64,000 bases of DNA from a bacterium (GTDB lineage: Bacteria; Patescibacteriota; UBA1384; 2-12-FULL-50-11). Under the pieces are notes generated by a model. That model was given only the letters and a program-made list of their open reading frames with translations. It was not told the origin of the DNA and ran no database searches. Shown piece by piece: positions 19,260-28,088 of the stretch (position 1 is its first letter; the number at the start of each line of letters is the position of its first letter). Position numbers and translations under genes: made by a program. Where the stretch lies: contig JAJTYJ010000001.1 of NCBI GenBank assembly GCA_021463485.1, positions 65,378 to 129,377 on the forward strand, in the 5' to 3' direction.

Positions 19260-19335
19260 GGGCAGTTAGCTCAGCTGGTAGAGCATCTCGTTTACACCGA
19301 GAGGGTCAGAGGTTCGAGTCCTCTACTGCCCACCA
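19260..19335 (+). tRNA. tRNA-Val(TAC)
   Basis: TCTCG-TTTACAC-CGAGA anticodon arm; encoded CCA. Confidence 0.95.
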
Positions 19336-19338
19336 CAA

Positions 19339-20478
19339 TTAAACTTTTGCCGGAACAGTTAGTGCTTCCAACTGTTTTTGCAGCATTACTTCCTTTGAAA
19401 AGTTGCTAGTTACGTAGTCTTTGGCGCGTTTGGTTAGGTCTTTACGCAACGGTTCGTCGTTTAAGACTTCAACAACCATCGAGGCTAGTTCGTTCGTAGT
19501 ATCTGCAACTCGAGCTACATTTTCCGGATAAACCTCAGCTTGGATCGGCGATCGCAGCGCTACAACTGGGGTATTAGAAATCATAGCCTCACCGATCACC
19601 AAACCCTGTGTCTCCGACTGTGAAGCGAAGACAAACACGTCAGCACCAGCATAGCAGGCTTTCGCGTCTTCGAGTGGCAGTTGCCCTGGGCAGACTACGT
19701 GGCCACCGATTCCCAGACGATCTGATTCTGCAAGTGTCTCTGTAATGTCACCTGGCCCAATTAGGACCAAAACTGCGTCTGACTCTTTTTTAACGACCTT
19801 TTTAGTCATATTAATAAGAGCGCTGATATTCTTCTCTTTTACAACTCGACCGACGTAGAGCATAACCTTGGCGTTGGACGGTAAACGAAATTTCTTCGTT
19901 AACTCGCTGTGCGACAATTTGGTTTTTGGCTCGGTGATTCCTGTCGCTACAACACTAATCGGCGCTTTTACGCCCCAGCCAACGAGCTTCGATCTCATAT
20001 ACTCACTCGGAGTAATCACAGCGTCAACGCTGTTTGCTACTTCTTTCGAGCGTAGTATCATCGCCTGCTCACCGAGTTTACCCAAATACAATCTCCCGTA
20101 CATATCCAACATCGTGTGATACGTTAACACCTTCCGTGATTGGCTCTCGAGCATAATCTTTTCAAAGGCGTTCTGTGCCCAGCTGACGGTGTGCAGCCAA
20201 AAAACGTCTGGCTCAAACTCGTCGACGATCGCTTTAATTTCAGCGGCAGCGCCCAGTCCGAACATTCGTTCTTTTTTGCCGAAAAACCGAACGAGCGCCC
20301 TGCCAAACACCGAAGAGGAAACGGGAAAATGCTCTGGACGCGCCTTACCCTTACCGTAGTCTGGAGCTATAATCCTCACCTGATGACCGGACGCGATTAA
20401 TCCGTCAACACTTTCGTTAATTGAGCTAGTAACTCCGTTTGGGAGCGGGTAGGTTAGTGAGCAAACCACTACTTTCAT
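19339..20478 (-). CDS. Glycosyltransferase family 4 (glycolipid synthase-like)
   Basis: PNGV, YVGRVVKEKN and SETQGLVIGEAM motifs. Confidence 0.88.
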   Translation of the reverse strand: MKVVVCSLTYPLPNGVTSSINESVDGLIASGHQVRIIAPDYGKGKARPEHFPVSSSVFGRALVRFFGKKERMFGLGAAAEIKAIVDEFEPDVFWLHTVSWAQNAFEKIMLESQSRKVLTYHTMLDMYGRLYLGKLGEQAMILRSKEVANSVDAVITPSEYMRSKLVGWGVKAPISVVATGITEPKTKLSHSELTKKFRLPSNAKVMLYVGRVVKEKNISALINMTKKVVKKESDAVLVLIGPGDITETLAESDRLGIGGHVVCPGQLPLEDAKACYAGADVFVFASQSETQGLVIGEAMISNTPVVALRSPIQAEVYPENVARVADTTNELASMVVEVLNDEPLRKDLTKRAKDYVTSNFSKEVMLQKQLEALTVPAKV

Positions 20479-20483
20479 ACGTG

Positions 20484-21518
20484 TTACGCTCGACGTCTGG
20501 CAGCGTCTGGTAGAAACGTGTCTTTAATTACTTCCCAGTCCTCAGCAATTACGCTAATCGCTGCTGCGAGCGGTACCGAGAGTAGAACACCAAGTAAGCC
20601 GTAGAGTTTACCGCCAATTAAAATCGCGATAATAACGATTACCGGGTTCAAACCAACAGCCTTGGACATGATTTTTGGCACCAAAATATTACCCTCTAGC
20701 TGCTGAATAACTGTGTAAACTAACAACGCCAAGAATCCTTGAAGCGGTGATTCGGCCAGACCGACAGCAACGCCCGGCACGGCTCCAAGCCACGGACCGA
20801 CGATCGGAATTACTTCGGTTAAGCCGGCCCATACACCGAGTGTTAACGCATACGGCGAACCAATAATTAGCAAGCCGACTGTCACTGCAAATCCAATAAT
20901 CGCCATCATATAGAGCTGGCCACGTAGCCATGCACCCAATTTGCCCGCAATTTTTCTAGTGGTCTCAGCCAGTGCCCCGTGCCAGTTGCCCGGTATCATA
21001 CCTCGGTACATCTTTTTGACGCCTTCTTCTTCAATAAGCAGGTAGAAGGTTAGCACTAGTACGGTCACAAAAGCCACTAAACCGTTCACTAGCCCGAGTG
21101 TTCGAGTTAGAAGCGTCCCGCCAAAGTCGCTCAATTGACCTGAAAGACTCTCGATATTTTTAGCGATTAAATTAATAGCGTCGTTAATAAAGCCTGTTTG
21201 CTCGCTATTACTTAGCTGATCGGCGTAGGTCGGTAAATTAGCACTAAATTGTTTAAGCTGCTCAACGAACGGTGGGATTAACAGTAGCGAAATTAAACCC
21301 AATCCCAAGAAAATGAGCACAAACACCGAGATAACCGCGCCGGGTCTGGTGATGACGCGGCTCCAGCGTTCAACGGTTGGCGAGAGCCCAGCAACAATAA
21401 TAATCACGAGAAATAGAAGTACCAGAACGTCGCGAATTAAATAGATAAACCAAATTCCAAGCAGAAGCAGAATAAAACGCAGTAACGTCGAGGTACTAAT
21501 ATCTATCTTCTGAACCAT
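20484..21518 (-). CDS. AI-2E family transporter
   Basis: WLRGQ, IPIVGP, QQLEGNILVP and GLNPV motifs. Confidence 0.88.
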   Translation of the reverse strand: MVQKIDISTSTLLRFILLLLGIWFIYLIRDVLVLLFLVIIIVAGLSPTVERWSRVITRPGAVISVFVLIFLGLGLISLLLIPPFVEQLKQFSANLPTYADQLSNSEQTGFINDAINLIAKNIESLSGQLSDFGGTLLTRTLGLVNGLVAFVTVLVLTFYLLIEEEGVKKMYRGMIPGNWHGALAETTRKIAGKLGAWLRGQLYMMAIIGFAVTVGLLIIGSPYALTLGVWAGLTEVIPIVGPWLGAVPGVAVGLAESPLQGFLALLVYTVIQQLEGNILVPKIMSKAVGLNPVIVIIAILIGGKLYGLLGVLLSVPLAAAISVIAEDWEVIKDTFLPDAARRRA

Positions 21519-21560
21519 AGACACAGTGTAAAAGATTATACCGTTTCGTCAAACAGTTTG

Positions 21561-21633
21561 TCGGGTTGGGCGGACTTGAACCGCCGGCCTCGTCGTCCCG
21601 AACGACGCGCGCTACCAACTGCGCCACAACCCG
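21561..21633 (-). tRNA. tRNA-Pro(CGG)
   Basis: Reverse strand: CGTCG-TTCGGGA-CGACG anticodon arm; GGTTCAAGTCC. Confidence 0.95.
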
Positions 21634-21639
21634 CAACGG

Positions 21640-21712
21640 TCGGAGTGACTGGGCTCGAACCAGCGACCTCATGACCCCCAGCCATGTGCTCTACCAACTG
21701 AGCTACACTCCG
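21640..21712 (-). tRNA. tRNA-Pro(GGG)
   Basis: Reverse strand: CATGG-CTGGGGG-TCATG anticodon arm; GGTTCGAGCCC. Confidence 0.93.
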
Positions 21713-21787
21713 AAATTAACACTCGGATGCCTTGACGTATTCTAACGGATTCTGTACTCTGTTCCAACGCTCGACCACGAGCGTGCC

Positions 21788-22006
21788 ATGGAGGAAACTT
21801 TGGTTCGTTGTCCGAATTGTATGGAAGAAGAACCCGATCAGTATCAAAAGCTCGATCCCGAGGAAGTTGCCAGAATTCCAGGCGCGTTGACGCTCGGCCA
21901 AGTTGGACCGAACGACACCGTCTTCCGCTGCACGTGCGGCCAAATTCTCGCAATTAACCTTAGAGCGAAAACGTGCTGCCCAGTTGGCAGAGCCGAACTG
22001 GTCTGA
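21788..22006 (+). CDS. Small zinc-ribbon-like protein
   Basis: CPNC...CTCG...CC; followed by a terminator. Confidence 0.55.
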   Translation: MEETLVRCPNCMEEEPDQYQKLDPEEVARIPGALTLGQVGPNDTVFRCTCGQILAINLRAKTCCPVGRAELV

Positions 22007-22011
22007 TCCGC

Positions 22012-22037
22012 GGCGGGCGTAAGCCCGCCTTTTCTTT
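22012..22037 (+). terminator. Rho-independent terminator
   Basis: GGCGGGC-GTAA-GCCCGCC followed by TTTTCTTTT. Confidence 0.8.
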
Positions 22038-22051
22038 TACAATATGCATAA

Positions 22052-22124
22052 GCCCTCGTAGCTCAGTAGACAGAGCAGTTCCGTCCTAAGGAAATGGTCG
22101 CAGGTGCAACTCCTGCCGAGGGCA
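22052..22124 (+). tRNA. tRNA-Arg(CCT)
   Basis: GCCCTCG/CGAGGGC acceptor; TTCC-GTCCTAA-GGAA anticodon arm; atypical T-loop TGCAACT. Confidence 0.85.
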
Positions 22125-22340
22125 CTAGTCAACGAGATCTTTTAGCTTAGCTGATGGGTTGAACTGAACAGTGTTATCGTCGCGGACGTAAAAGCTACCG
22201 AAATCAGCGATCACAACTTTCTCACCTTTCTTAAAGTATTCGGCTAGAACAGTACTAAAGGCGTCGACAAAAGTCGTCGCTTGTTCTGGAGTAAGCTGCG
22301 ACTTCTGAGCTAACTTTTTGGCGAAATCGTCTTTATTCAT
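22125..22340 (-). CDS. HU family DNA-binding protein (short arm)
   Basis: MNKDDF...GEKVVIADFGSF...FNPSAKLKD. Confidence 0.85.
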   Translation of the reverse strand: MNKDDFAKKLAQKSQLTPEQATTFVDAFSTVLAEYFKKGEKVVIADFGSFYVRDDNTVQFNPSAKLKDLVD

Positions 22341-22367
22341 TACCCCTCCAGCGTCGCACTTCTTTGC

Positions 22368-23855
22368 CTAGCGAGCAACCTCAGCAAAGCGCGTTTCACG
22401 AATTACGTTTACTTTAACCGTTCCTGGATATTGAAGGTCAGCTTCAATTTTATTAGCAACTTCACGTGCAAGTTTCATAGCGGTTAGATCGTCGATCATC
22501 TCTGGCTTAACGAGAACACGGACTTCGCGCCCAGCTTGAATGGCAAACGACTTCTGAACACCAGGGAATGAGTTGGCAACGTTTTCCAGCTCGGTCATCC
22601 GCTTAATGTACTGCTCAGTCGATTCACGACGAGCGCCAGGACGTGCTGCTGAAATCGCATCAGCTGTCCGCGACAGAATTGCTTCGACCGATTTAGCTTC
22701 GGTGTCTTCGTGACTAGCTTCGATACAGTGAACAACGGCTTCGCCAAGACCGTATTTACGAGCGATCTCAACACCGGCATCGACGTGTGAGCCTGGATAC
22801 TCATGGCTAATTGCCTTACCGATATCGTGCAACAGCGCGCCTTTTTTGGTGATATTGATATCAGCGCCGACCTCACGGGCTAACACTGAAGCGATGTGTG
22901 TCACCTCAACTGCGTGCGCGAGTTGGTTCTGGCCGTACGACGTTCGGAATTTCATTGAACCAAGCAGCCGCACTAACTCTGGGTGGAAGCCACCGAGACC
23001 AACCTCTTGCAAGGCTGCTTCTCCCGCTTCTTTAATCTCTTCTTCGATTTGGTCCTGAGCCTTTTTGACCAGCTCTTCAATTTTTGCTGGCTGGATTCGC
23101 CCGTCTTTAATTAACGCTTGAAGAGCCTTGACCGCTACGGCTCGGCGGACTGGATCGAAGCTCGAAACTAGAACTGTCTCTGGAGTTTCGTCAATCACTA
23201 AGTCAACGCCCGTAGCCTTCTCAAAAGCCTGGATATTGCGTCCTTCTTTACCAATAATCTTTCCTTTAATCTCTTCGTTTGGTAGATGCACGGAGTTGAC
23301 GGTCATTTCAGCTGTCATGTCGGTCGCAAGCCGTTCGATCGCAGTCGTGATTAGCTCTTTCGCCTCAGTATCCCAATGCTTCTTCATTGTCTCTTTCATC
23401 GAGCGGATTTTGCGAATCATGTCAGCTGAGTAATCCTTTTCGATCTCAGCTAAGAGCATCTCTTTTGCGTCATCTTTCGACAACTTAGCAACTTTCTCGA
23501 GCTCTTTTTCCTGCTTCTGTCGCAGTGTTTCAATTTCTTTTTTAGTTTCTTCGAGTTCTGCGCTCGCTCGTTCGATCGTCTCACGATCGCCGTCCAGCTT
23601 CTCAGCTCGACGTTCTACGGAAAGCTCGCGCTCGCGAAGCTGTTCTTCAGTTCTCTTAAGCTCTTTAAGGCGCTCCTCTTCCTCTTTCTTTACTTGCTCT
23701 TTTAACTTAAGGGCTTCTTCTTTGGCGTTAAGGAGAAGCTCTTTACCCTTCGCGTCTAAGTCCTCCTGTGTTTTTGAGAGTAAAATGTGACGAACGACGA
23801 ATCCGACGGCTACCCCGCCCAAACCCGCCAGTATCCCAATGGTAATTGGCGTCAT
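22368..23855 (-). CDS. rny: Ribonuclease Y
   Basis: N-terminal TM, coiled coil, KH (KGKIIGKEGRNI), HD (LLHDIGK), ADAISAARPGAR. Confidence 0.95.
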   Translation of the reverse strand: MTPITIGILAGLGGVAVGFVVRHILLSKTQEDLDAKGKELLLNAKEEALKLKEQVKKEEEERLKELKRTEEQLRERELSVERRAEKLDGDRETIERASAELEETKKEIETLRQKQEKELEKVAKLSKDDAKEMLLAEIEKDYSADMIRKIRSMKETMKKHWDTEAKELITTAIERLATDMTAEMTVNSVHLPNEEIKGKIIGKEGRNIQAFEKATGVDLVIDETPETVLVSSFDPVRRAVAVKALQALIKDGRIQPAKIEELVKKAQDQIEEEIKEAGEAALQEVGLGGFHPELVRLLGSMKFRTSYGQNQLAHAVEVTHIASVLAREVGADINITKKGALLHDIGKAISHEYPGSHVDAGVEIARKYGLGEAVVHCIEASHEDTEAKSVEAILSRTADAISAARPGARRESTEQYIKRMTELENVANSFPGVQKSFAIQAGREVRVLVKPEMIDDLTAMKLAREVANKIEADLQYPGTVKVNVIRETRFAEVAR

Positions 23856-24006
23856 TAGTTATTCCTTTCTGTAAAATAGTTTGAAAATACATAATTATTG
23901 TCTGGAGCCAGTATACGGCGTCGTCTTACCTCAGTCAATTTACATTTTTACCGGTATTTACCTGGGGTAAAAAGTTGTTAGGATAAATATACATAGAGAG
24001 GGGAAC

Positions 24007-24678
24007 ATGCAACTAAACGAAATACACAATCCGAGCGAACATGCGTCAGTTAGTTTGAAAACGATCCTACTGGTTTTTGCGATCGTATTAATCGGGACAC
24101 TTGGGTATTTAGTCTACCAACAGAATACCGAGATAGATAACACCGAATACAGCGCTAACGTAATCCAAAACTCAGAAAAAACAGCACAGAAAAACACAGC
24201 CGAGACAGCTCCAGCCGACCCCTGCGACTTCTCGACCGTCACTGCCGCTGTAATCCCGGGTAAAACCTTCGATATTTTTGGTGGTGAAAACTTTAGCACG
24301 ATCGTTTGTGGTTATATTCATACCAAAGAACAGAACGTTGGCATGGACGAAGAGATAATAAAAAATGTCGCCTACGTTGCCGTTAAAAAGTTTAAAGACG
24401 ATGCTTTTAAGGCCAAAATTGAAGCCGGCATTACCGGTGAAGGTAACACCGTCAACGCCAAACTTGGCTCTGACTACCTGCTCGGTTGCGGTTGTTTGGA
24501 AGGTGGTAAAATTATTGCCAATCCAGAACCAACTGGCGGATTGATGAGTCTTGCCGATCAGACCAAGTTTATCGCCTCGACGGCCGACAAACCGGTAATA
24601 ATAAAGTTAACGTACGAAGTACACGGTGGCAGCGGCTGCTCCTGCTGCACCCTATTCGAGAAAGCGGAGGTTTTATAA
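24007..24678 (+). CDS. Membrane-anchored exported protein (paralog A, Cys-rich)
   Basis: N-terminal leader plus TM shared with the next gene; GCGC and GCSCC motifs. Confidence 0.7.
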   Translation: MQLNEIHNPSEHASVSLKTILLVFAIVLIGTLGYLVYQQNTEIDNTEYSANVIQNSEKTAQKNTAETAPADPCDFSTVTAAVIPGKTFDIFGGENFSTIVCGYIHTKEQNVGMDEEIIKNVAYVAVKKFKDDAFKAKIEAGITGEGNTVNAKLGSDYLLGCGCLEGGKIIANPEPTGGLMSLADQTKFIASTADKPVIIKLTYEVHGGSGCSCCTLFEKAEVL

Positions 24679-25281
24679 ATGGAGCTCAACGAAATACATA
24701 ATCCGAGCGAGCACGCGTCAGTAAGTTTAAAGGTAGTACTACTAGTTTTTTCTCTAGTTTTAATCGGCACCCTTGGCTATCTAGTTTGGGACGCCAACAA
24801 TACCCCCTCAGCAAGTAACGCCGATCCGCTTCCTGTAGCCAAGCAAAAGCAGGTGGATACCAGCTCTCCCGCAGCACTTGAGTGTGGTGACACAGCAAAA
24901 TACGGATTTTCGATGACATTCGGCGATAAGTGGAACGATTACAAAGTTAAGCAGGTACTACAAAAAGACATGGACCCACAACCTGGCTATGCACTAGTAA
25001 CTTGCTACTTCCAGATGCCGACTTCATCAACAGAAGAAGTTTGGACGACAACCAGTGTTGATCATGACGCTAAGTACGCTAGTTTGTTTGCCGTTTCTGT
25101 GTATACCCCTGCTCAATGGCTGGCTTCTCAGGATGAGGCGAATAAACCAACCAAGCTTGGCGAGACTACAGACTACGTTTGGGGTTGGAGCCAAGCTCAA
25201 GCGTTGCCTCAAGACCTACAAGATTCAAAAATTTCGGACGACATTAAAAATGTTGTCGCCACTTTTGCGGTCGTAAAATAA
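24679..25281 (+). CDS. Membrane-anchored exported protein (paralog B)
   Basis: Same MxLNEIHNPSEHASVSLK-TM leader; unrelated ectodomain. Confidence 0.7.
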   Translation: MELNEIHNPSEHASVSLKVVLLVFSLVLIGTLGYLVWDANNTPSASNADPLPVAKQKQVDTSSPAALECGDTAKYGFSMTFGDKWNDYKVKQVLQKDMDPQPGYALVTCYFQMPTSSTEEVWTTTSVDHDAKYASLFAVSVYTPAQWLASQDEANKPTKLGETTDYVWGWSQAQALPQDLQDSKISDDIKNVVATFAVVK

Positions 25282-25328
25282 CACCCGTTAAGCCTGGTTT
25301 TTAACCTTACCTCGTAGTAAAATACTAC

Positions 25329-26933
25329 CTACGGGGTGTAGCTCAGTTGGTAGAGTGCGCGGTTTGGGACCGTGAGGCCGGAGGTTCGAGCCCTCTCACC
25401 CCGACCAAATGTGACAGCTGATTTATCAGCGTCACGCATAACCTGATAAAACTTACTAATTTGGGTGTTCAAATAGCCAGGGTAGCTCCACGTGAGTCCA
25501 GAGGGGAAAATTGAACACAACAGCATTCTCTTCTGTTGGAGGTTGCTTGTCTCGTAAGTTTTGGCCAGGTCTTTGAACTTTTCGCGAATGAAAGTTGTGA
25601 CGTCTTCGATATTGTACTTGGTGATCAAGTCGTCGTTTTTCGTGACCTGAATAACTGTAATTTTCTCTTCCAGCAAGCGATTCTGCTCACGAAAGATATC
25701 GTCCGAGTATATCCCCGCTAAGTTCTTTTCAATGAGACTCTGACGCGTTTCATAGAGTTTGCGCAGCTCTTCATCGGCCTGTTCTCGTCGCTTTTGAAGC
25801 GTCGAAACACGGTGATAATAAGTTTTTCTCAAGAACGTACTGACCAAATCCAGCGCCTTAATAGACAAGCTGACATGTCGCAGCAGTTGTCGGGTTTCCG
25901 CTTCTACGTCCTCGACCGGAACCGATTTAGCCTTACTACACCATTTTTGACATAGGTAGTAAGCGAAGCGTTGTTTCTTGCCTTTCGACCACCCGGCAGT
26001 TAATGAGAAACCACAGCCACAACATTTGACGATCCGTCGCAACGGAAACTCCGGATTGTCCCGATTCTTTTTCGCCAACGGTTTGGCAATATTAACGTTT
26101 CGGCCATCCAGGATCGCTTGAACGCGATAAAATTGCTCTTCCGTCACCATCGGCGAGTGTTGGCCGGGTACTTCCTGGCCGTACTTTTTGGAAACAATCT
26201 TGCCGATATAGAATTTGTTGCGAAACATCCGCTGAATTGTTTGACCTTTGATTTTGAATTGCTTACCGGAGCGATAGCGAACTTTCAGATTTTTCTCGTC
26301 CAGAATCTTAGCCAGTTCGCGTAGTGATTTTGTCCCCGTTGCCATCAGATCCCAGGCATTCTTGAGCTCGTCGAACATAGCCGGATCTTTGACGACATAA
26401 CCGTTTTCATTCAAATAACCGATCGGGGTATAACTCATCGGCAACCCGGAGAGAAAACGTGCTCGCAGACCGTTTCTGGCTCGCTCGCCCCGCACATCAT
26501 TGTCCATTTGAGCAAATCCGGCGAGCATCGTTTCGACAAACTTTTCGGTCGGACTGTTACCGGTCGGCTCACTTGCGGAAATAAGGCCGATATCACACTC
26601 AGCCAATTTCTTCCGAATCACTAAGTAGTCGGCCGTTTGACGCGAAATCCGGTCAAGACGATAGACGATCACCGCATCGATTTCCTTTTTGTGCTTGCGG
26701 CAATACTCCAGCATTTTAATCAGCTCGGGCCGACCCTTGATCGTTTTGGCCGATCTTCCCTCTTCCCGAAATGTCTCGACAACCGTCATTTTTCGACGGG
26801 CCGCTTCTTTGAGGCAAATATCTTCCTGTGTCGCCAGCGAATAGTTTTCAACCTGCTCTTCGCTCGACACCCGAATGTACACAACTGCCCCGCCTGTTTT
26901 CTTTGGCGCTTTATCGAACACGGATTGATCCAT
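25329..26933 (-). CDS. Large serine recombinase (integrase)
   Basis: VYIRVSS catalytic motif; YRLDRISR; recombinase domain; zinc ribbon CCGC...YYLC; coiled coil. Confidence 0.92.
   Translation of the reverse strand: MDQSVFDKAPKKTGGAVVYIRVSSEEQVENYSLATQEDICLKEAARRKMTVVETFREEGRSAKTIKGRPELIKMLEYCRKHKKEIDAVIVYRLDRISRQTADYLVIRKKLAECDIGLISASEPTGNSPTEKFVETMLAGFAQMDNDVRGERARNGLRARFLSGLPMSYTPIGYLNENGYVVKDPAMFDELKNAWDLMATGTKSLRELAKILDEKNLKVRYRSGKQFKIKGQTIQRMFRNKFYIGKIVSKKYGQEVPGQHSPMVTEEQFYRVQAILDGRNVNIAKPLAKKNRDNPEFPLRRIVKCCGCGFSLTAGWSKGKKQRFAYYLCQKWCSKAKSVPVEDVEAETRQLLRHVSLSIKALDLVSTFLRKTYYHRVSTLQKRREQADEELRKLYETRQSLIEKNLAGIYSDDIFREQNRLLEEKITVIQVTKNDDLITKYNIEDVTTFIREKFKDLAKTYETSNLQQKRMLLCSIFPSGLTWSYPGYLNTQISKFYQVMRDADKSAVTFGRGERARTSGLTVPNRALYQLSYTP
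25332..25407 (+). tRNA. tRNA-Pro(TGG), integration site of the ICE
   Basis: CGGGGTG/CACCCCG acceptor; CGCGG-TTTGGGA-CCGTG anticodon arm; CCA end. Confidence 0.95.
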
Positions 26934-26940
26934 ACTCCTC

Positions 26941-27270
26941 CTATCTATCCTGCAACAATCGTCGCAGGGTTAAGCCGTTAAATAACTCTTGTTCATACTC
27001 GTCCAACCATTCATCGAGCAGGTACTGAAACTGGGTTAAATAAACTGCCAGCTCATCGTCAGGAATCGTCTGAGCCAATTCTCCCAACATTCCTCTCGCT
27101 TTCTGGAGCTTGTTGTCTTCTTCCGACGTCGGAAACAACGAATTAAGCGACGATTCAAACGCTTTTCGCTGACTGAGAAGCGAATAGTCCAACACTCGTT
27201 CGTCGGCCATTTGTACCTCACCGGCAGTAGCCGTTTCTTGGTTTGTCTGTGCTTGTTCTGATGTGTCCAT
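26941..27270 (-). CDS. Hypothetical protein upstream of the integrase
   Basis: GGAGG SD; 7-bp gap to the integrase. Confidence 0.7.
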   Translation of the reverse strand: MDTSEQAQTNQETATAGEVQMADERVLDYSLLSQRKAFESSLNSLFPTSEEDNKLQKARGMLGELAQTIPDDELAVYLTQFQYLLDEWLDEYEQELFNGLTLRRLLQDR

Positions 27271-27299
27271 TTACCCTCCAAACTAGTACTATATACCTA

Positions 27300-27329
27300 G
27301 TTATACTAGGCTTATAAGCCTAGTGTCAA
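27300..27329 (-). promoter_or_regulatory. Sigma70 promoter with a 20-bp palindromic operator in the spacer
   Basis: Minus strand TTGACA-18nt-TATAAC; ACTAGGCTTATAAGCCTAGT (27305-27324) is a perfect palindrome. Confidence 0.7.
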
Positions 27330-27452
27330 GAGGGAGTTCTATAGATATTGAACACTCGATTCCCTGCCAGTTAAGCGACGATTATCTGGGTACAAAAAGA
27401 CCCCGTCCCCACACAATTGCCGCTTAACTGTCGTGCAATCTCGCTTAGTGGA

Positions 27453-28088
27453 TCAGGGGACAGTGGGATCGCCAGTCAGAAAAATCCGAGGGTTAACAGG
27501 CAGCCGAAAGACTCTAATTTCAAAGTGAAGGTGGGGACCGGAAGATTGACCGGTATCGCCCATCATCCCTAAAAACGTGCCCATCTCGACCTCGTCATCA
27601 CGTTCAACGTTGAGAGAGTCCAAGTGCGCATACGTTGAAGAAAGTAGGTTGCCGTGATCAATAATCACGTGCGTTCCGAGTTCGCCGCGCGTATCGGCAT
27701 ACCTCACTTTACCTTTCATAAAGGCGTGAACCGGAGTCACCCCGATCCGTCCCTGCGGGTCAGCGATATCAATTCCGGTGTGAAATAAATAGAATGGCAA
27801 ATTTGGTTCTCCGAATTCCAGTGTGACAACACCATGCGCGGGCCAGATGCGGGGATCTTCAACCGTCTCAATCACGTCACCATTACCCGGGTTATGGATC
27901 TCAACGGCACCGGACTGGGCGTCATTGGTTGCTAAAGCATCGGAAACAACATTAAACCCGGCTTGGGTCAGGATAATAACTATAAATATAGGAATCAAAC
28001 AAATGATCCCGACCGTATAGAATACGAGCTTAACCTCACGTTTCATTGAGAACGCAGCGGCAAGTAGATTCAGGGTGTTGGGGCTCAT
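27453..28088 (-). CDS. M23 family peptidoglycan endopeptidase (transfer-associated)
   Basis: HTGIDIA, YAHL and GPHLHFE motifs; N-terminal TM. Confidence 0.9.
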   Translation of the reverse strand: MSPNTLNLLAAAFSMKREVKLVFYTVGIICLIPIFIVIILTQAGFNVVSDALATNDAQSGAVEIHNPGNGDVIETVEDPRIWPAHGVVTLEFGEPNLPFYLFHTGIDIADPQGRIGVTPVHAFMKGKVRYADTRGELGTHVIIDHGNLLSSTYAHLDSLNVERDDEVEMGTFLGMMGDTGQSSGPHLHFEIRVFRLPVNPRIFLTGDPTVP

